From IMG/VR virus record IMGVR_UViG_3300036715_002842, positions 32,001 to 96,000 of that record: DNA of 64,000 bases; one strand, 5' to 3'. This DNA comes from a virus. The notes below the pieces were generated by a model, which saw nothing but the letters and a program-made list of their open reading frames with translations, ran no database searches and had not been told where the DNA came from. The translations under genes were made by a program, and so were the position numbers. Below are positions 60,601 through 64,000 of this stretch, piece by piece; position 1 is the first letter of the stretch, and every line of letters begins with the position of its first letter.

Positions 60601-61701
60601 ATGGTTTCAAAACTTCAGCGGTTGCCGCAAGACCTTGGAATCCTGGGTTGGGACTCAGTCTCCCCGACCTTTTTCTGTGCCTGGATCTCCAATATCCCTT
60701 GCGTGTTTATTGGAGATCCAGGAGCGGCAAAAACTACCTTTCAGGTTCGTTTTGCTAGAGCTCTTGAATTGAAGCTAGACGTATTAGATTTGCAGTATCT
60801 TTCAACTACTAGACTCTTGGGCATACCAAACCCGGAAAAACTACGTGTTTCAGTTCTTGAGTACGTGGGCGGTCTACTTTCTACAAAACCAGATGTGGTC
60901 ATTCTAGATGAGTTGAATCGTTGTCAAGATCAGGTTCAGGGCATTATTCTAGAGTTTCTTCGTGAAGGTAGATTGAACAACAGCTACCTCAAGTGCAAGA
61001 GAGTAGCAAGTTGTAACCCACCAGCAAACAATCTCGTGGGAGTTCATTACTTAGATTACGCACAGGCCACTCGTCTGATTCATATCTCAATTCCGAATCT
61101 ATCGATCTCCCTGCGCGAACAGTTCATTGATGATTGGAACGTTCAGTTCGTTACAACACCTGAAACGAAGCTTCTTTGTCAGGAACTTAATTCGCTGGAG
61201 CTTCTCAAGCCCAACCCAGCACACGTTAAGTCCATCGCAATCGCCTTGCTCGATTCATTCAACAATATTCCTGTTTCCGGGCGGCAAATTGATCTTCTGT
61301 TGCGACTTCTGTCCGCTAGCTGGACTCTCGAGACCAACGGGTTCCATAGTTTCACTGGTCTGGACATCGCAAGACTTGGCGCTTCAATCGTTCCATTCCA
61401 GTTAACTAGAAACAGCTGGAATATTACTGACGGGGAGCTTTTCGCTACCCAGATGTCCAAGAAACTGCCGGATTTCCCATGGAAGTCAGAAGAAGTAATC
61501 AAAACCCAGAATTTATCAGTTCAAGTTGAACAAACGCAAATGAAGTTTCAAATGATGGAAATCGAATCAATCCTTCCACATTGTAAAGGAACTTCTTTAG
61601 AGAATTTCATTGCGTTTGAGGTCTTTGTTGCGAAGGCAGCGTCCGACCCCAGGTTCCAGGTTGAGTTCGATAACTGGAACCTTCTCGAAAAGTTGAGGTA
61701 A
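60601..61701 (+). CDS. MoxR-type AAA+ ATPase
   Basis: GDPGAAKT, ILDELNR and ASCNP; adjacent to the vWA partner. Confidence 0.85.
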   Translation: MVSKLQRLPQDLGILGWDSVSPTFFCAWISNIPCVFIGDPGAAKTTFQVRFARALELKLDVLDLQYLSTTRLLGIPNPEKLRVSVLEYVGGLLSTKPDVVILDELNRCQDQVQGIILEFLREGRLNNSYLKCKRVASCNPPANNLVGVHYLDYAQATRLIHISIPNLSISLREQFIDDWNVQFVTTPETKLLCQELNSLELLKPNPAHVKSIAIALLDSFNNIPVSGRQIDLLLRLLSASWTLETNGFHSFTGLDIARLGASIVPFQLTRNSWNITDGELFATQMSKKLPDFPWKSEEVIKTQNLSVQVEQTQMKFQMMEIESILPHCKGTSLENFIAFEVFVAKAASDPRFQVEFDNWNLLEKLR

Positions 61702-61762
61702 CGCAAAGGATTCTAGAGCTTATCAATTCCGACTGTATCCCAACGAAGCTCAGAAAGCTAAG

Positions 61763-62032
61763 TTGAAAAAGGATTTTGGTACTTATAGATGGCTTTGGAA
61801 TCAATACACGGCTCGTTGGCAAGGTAAGGTAGTTCTGAAAGTGGATCATTGGTTTCCTTCCAGCCAGCTTTGCCACAAATGTTACAACCAACAGAAATTG
61901 TCGCAGGGCTACTCGGTTACTGCGGATGGAGGCACGGTAAGACCTCGTGGTAGGCGCAAGTCAACTACGAGGCTGGTACTTGTGAAATCCAAAAAACCCC
62001 TAGATTTATATCACAATCCTCAAAATTTATAG
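61763..62032 (+). pseudogene. tnpB: IS200/IS605-family TnpB C-terminal remnant
   Basis: QYTARWQGKVVLKVDHWFPSSQLCHKC and TADGGTVRP. Internally deleted; right-end-like CCCCTAGATTTAT..TCAC. Confidence 0.7.
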
Positions 62033-62142
62033 ACCCTTAATTAAAAGTTGAGGTAACGTAAAAATATAACTTCTGAATCCTCTCTGATTATCAAATGGGA
62101 GGATTCTACTTTCAACCATCCATTTTACCCTAGGAGGTTAGC

Positions 62143-63240
62143 ATGGCAAAGTTCCAAGACCTGCTTCCCACCGGCAAGAAAAATCCTCGTGCTACTTCGG
62201 TCACCGCAAATCGTCGGAAAGCTGACGACGAAATGCCAACCGATTTAGCCGCGCCGGGGGAAACTGAAGCCGTAGAGAACACTGAGGTCCCAGAGGACGC
62301 AGTGGAAATCGATGGCAAGATCTACACAACCGTCGAAGGTGACCTGCTTGTGGTCCCCGACGAGCCCCTAGTTGTTGAGGGCCTCGACGAGCCCCTTCAC
62401 CAGGTTGAGATCTCCCTCGTTTCCGAGGAAGAGGTTGCTCCTGCTGAAGCAGCTCCTGCCGACCTGGCAACTGAGCCCGCGGGTGAGTCCAAGCACGCTG
62501 AGGGGGATGAGGCCGATGAGGATCTGTATGAGAGCATGGTAGCTTTCGACGATCCTTCCACCCACTCCGCTTTCTTCAAGGGCGGATCTGAGGCCAATCC
62601 AACTTGGTACCTCACCTTCAATGGCGACCTGAAGGCCCACGTGGCATTCAGCGACCAGGCCTCCGACGACAAGTTCAAGGAGTTCTTCGCCAGCGACAAC
62701 TTCCCCGCAAAGGTGAAGGACACCGCACGTTCCCTGGGTTGGGGCAAGGTCCTGTCCAGCTTGAAGGCCAAGATCTACTCGGCCAAGAACGTAAAGGCCA
62801 TGCCCGAGAAGATCGACATGGCAGCTCTGCGCGAAGAAGTTCGCACGGAGATCAAGAACAACATCGGCCTGGCATACTCTGCCATGGTTGGTTCGCTCCG
62901 CACCAATCCCATCGCCGCAACCCTCTTCGAGGCAGTGCGCGAGAGCGGAATGGAAGCCCCTGAGGTCTTCACCGCCTCGGTAATCCAGGCATCGGCCGGA
63001 GAGTTTGTCAACTCCCTGCTCGACACCGTGGATGAGGTGGCTGGCATGAGCAAGCAGGTACAGGGCGAGTTCAAGAACCTGATCGCACGGACGATCGTTC
63101 CTGTCGAGTCCCGTCCTACTTACACCCCTGACAAGGCGTTCATGGCTAAGCTCCAGGAGAACAGTGTCCCTGTCGCTCCCGTAGCCTCCACCGACGCGCC
63201 CAAAACCTCAACCCGCCGTTTCGCTGGCATTCTTTCCTAA
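62143..63240 (+). CDS. Putative prohead scaffold/core protein
   Basis: Acidic, low-complexity N-terminal half, strong GGAGGT RBS, host-like codon bias, upstream of head genes. Confidence 0.5.
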   Translation: MAKFQDLLPTGKKNPRATSVTANRRKADDEMPTDLAAPGETEAVENTEVPEDAVEIDGKIYTTVEGDLLVVPDEPLVVEGLDEPLHQVEISLVSEEEVAPAEAAPADLATEPAGESKHAEGDEADEDLYESMVAFDDPSTHSAFFKGGSEANPTWYLTFNGDLKAHVAFSDQASDDKFKEFFASDNFPAKVKDTARSLGWGKVLSSLKAKIYSAKNVKAMPEKIDMAALREEVRTEIKNNIGLAYSAMVGSLRTNPIAATLFEAVRESGMEAPEVFTASVIQASAGEFVNSLLDTVDEVAGMSKQVQGEFKNLIARTIVPVESRPTYTPDKAFMAKLQENSVPVAPVASTDAPKTSTRRFAGILS

Positions 63241-63253
63241 GAGGAGGTAATAC

Positions 63254-63937
63254 ATGTTAGATCTCACCCGTATCCAAGGTGGAACCATGATCCCGGAGAT
63301 CCCTCTGGCTCTTGGCGTCAACCCTGACGAGTCCGGTCTGGCTTTCGTCCGCGTCGCCGATGTACAGGGCAACGAGGCCATCAAGCCATCTACCGGAGCT
63401 GTTGGCGAAATCTTCGTCGGCGTCGCCTATCTGGACAAGCACGCTGCCGCCACTGGCGTTCGTGTGGGCTACCGCGTTCTGGTGCCTGCTTCGAATCCCC
63501 TGAGCGTCACCCTGCCCGATCAGATCGGTATCAGCAACCTGAAGGTCGTCAGCGCCACCGGCGTTGTGGCCCCAGCAGCTGACTACACCCTGGCTGGCAA
63601 TGTGCTGACCTTCGTTGCCGGCTATGCCAGCACCGAGCAGTTCCTTTCCTACAACTACACCCTGAGTCAGTCGCAGCTCACGGCGCTGGGCATTAGCCCC
63701 GTTCCCTCTGCGGCTTCCTTCCTGGGTAAGATGGCCGTCCTGGCTGGCACCGTTCGCGTCTTCGTATCGAACTTCGATGCAAGCGCTGACTTCGCCATCA
63801 CCGGCGCCAACTCCCAGGTGACTCTGGCAGCGGATGGTATGTTCTCTGTCGGTGGCGCAACTGCCATCGGTCACTGCTTCCACGTGCCAACTGCTCAGGA
63901 TCCTTATCTGGGTGTTGAGTTCACGACTGGCAAGTAA
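63254..63937 (+). CDS. Putative head decoration/cement protein
   Basis: GEIFVGVA...GKMAVL...NFD...IGHCFHVPTAQDPYLGVEF pattern of proteins preceding major capsid genes in large phages. Confidence 0.55.
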   Translation: MLDLTRIQGGTMIPEIPLALGVNPDESGLAFVRVADVQGNEAIKPSTGAVGEIFVGVAYLDKHAAATGVRVGYRVLVPASNPLSVTLPDQIGISNLKVVSATGVVAPAADYTLAGNVLTFVAGYASTEQFLSYNYTLSQSQLTALGISPVPSAASFLGKMAVLAGTVRVFVSNFDASADFAITGANSQVTLAADGMFSVGGATAIGHCFHVPTAQDPYLGVEFTTGK

Positions 63938-63967
63938 ACCACAACCCCATCTGAGGAAAGGATCGTC

Positions 63968-64000
63968 ATGCTGAGAACCGCTAAATCCTTAGATGGGCTG
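63968..64000 (+). CDS. 5' end of the next gene (MLRTAKSLDGL...), possibly the major capsid protein
   Basis: RBS and ATG at the window edge; identity inferred from gene order only. Confidence 0.35.
   Translation, partial: MLRTAKSLDGL

Noticed and set aside
59274-61701. vWA-MoxR pair as a novel system
   Set aside because: A common, well-known gene pair in large phages and bacteria.
1-64000. Genome-wide TAG reassignment (alternative genetic code), suggested by the CUA tRNA
   Set aside because: Large conserved genes are intact in code 11, and TAG stops (e.g. 8820, 12027, 48927, 52708, 57477) fall at natural protein ends with no useful in-frame continuation in the cases checked.

Overview
A 64-kb segment of a large (jumbo-type) contractile-tailed phage genome, read in the standard genetic code. 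1-5 kb is a minus-strand tRNA/tmRNA array. It holds 12 recognisable tRNAs (one with a 195-nt group I intron, several with unusual folds), tmRNA, homing-endonuclease remnants and two or three long, hairpin-dense non-coding blocks that may be large structured RNAs. 5-13 kb, 29.7-41 kb and 62-64 kb carry virion genes: an Ig-like structural protein, tail sheath and tube, probable internal head proteins sharing a K/R-x-A type signal, a scaffold-like protein, a head protein and the start of a possible major capsid protein. Replication and repair genes include DnaB, a clamp-like protein, a 5'-3' exonuclease, two SF2 helicases, RuvC, RdgC and an endonuclease V-like protein. QueE, FolE and a TGT/DpdA-family enzyme suggest 7-deazaguanine modification. 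Also present are rIIA/rIIB, LemA/TPM, MoxR-vWA, an actin-like ATPase and a Cld/HemQ-like protein. The best candidate for an undescribed system is 16.8-19.8 kb (minus strand). A promoter drives an amber-suppressor tRNA(CUA) and an HNH-RNA ligase. A second promoter has a leader with two RBS-bearing minigenes that stop at UAG in codon 3 (Met-Lys-amber, Met-Thr-amber). UAG readthrough would carry ribosomes across an intrinsic terminator and then onto an RBS-sequestering hairpin, switching on an operon that ends in a Pth2-like peptidyl-tRNA hydrolase. All calls come from manual reading and motif recognition; no searches or folding programs were run.
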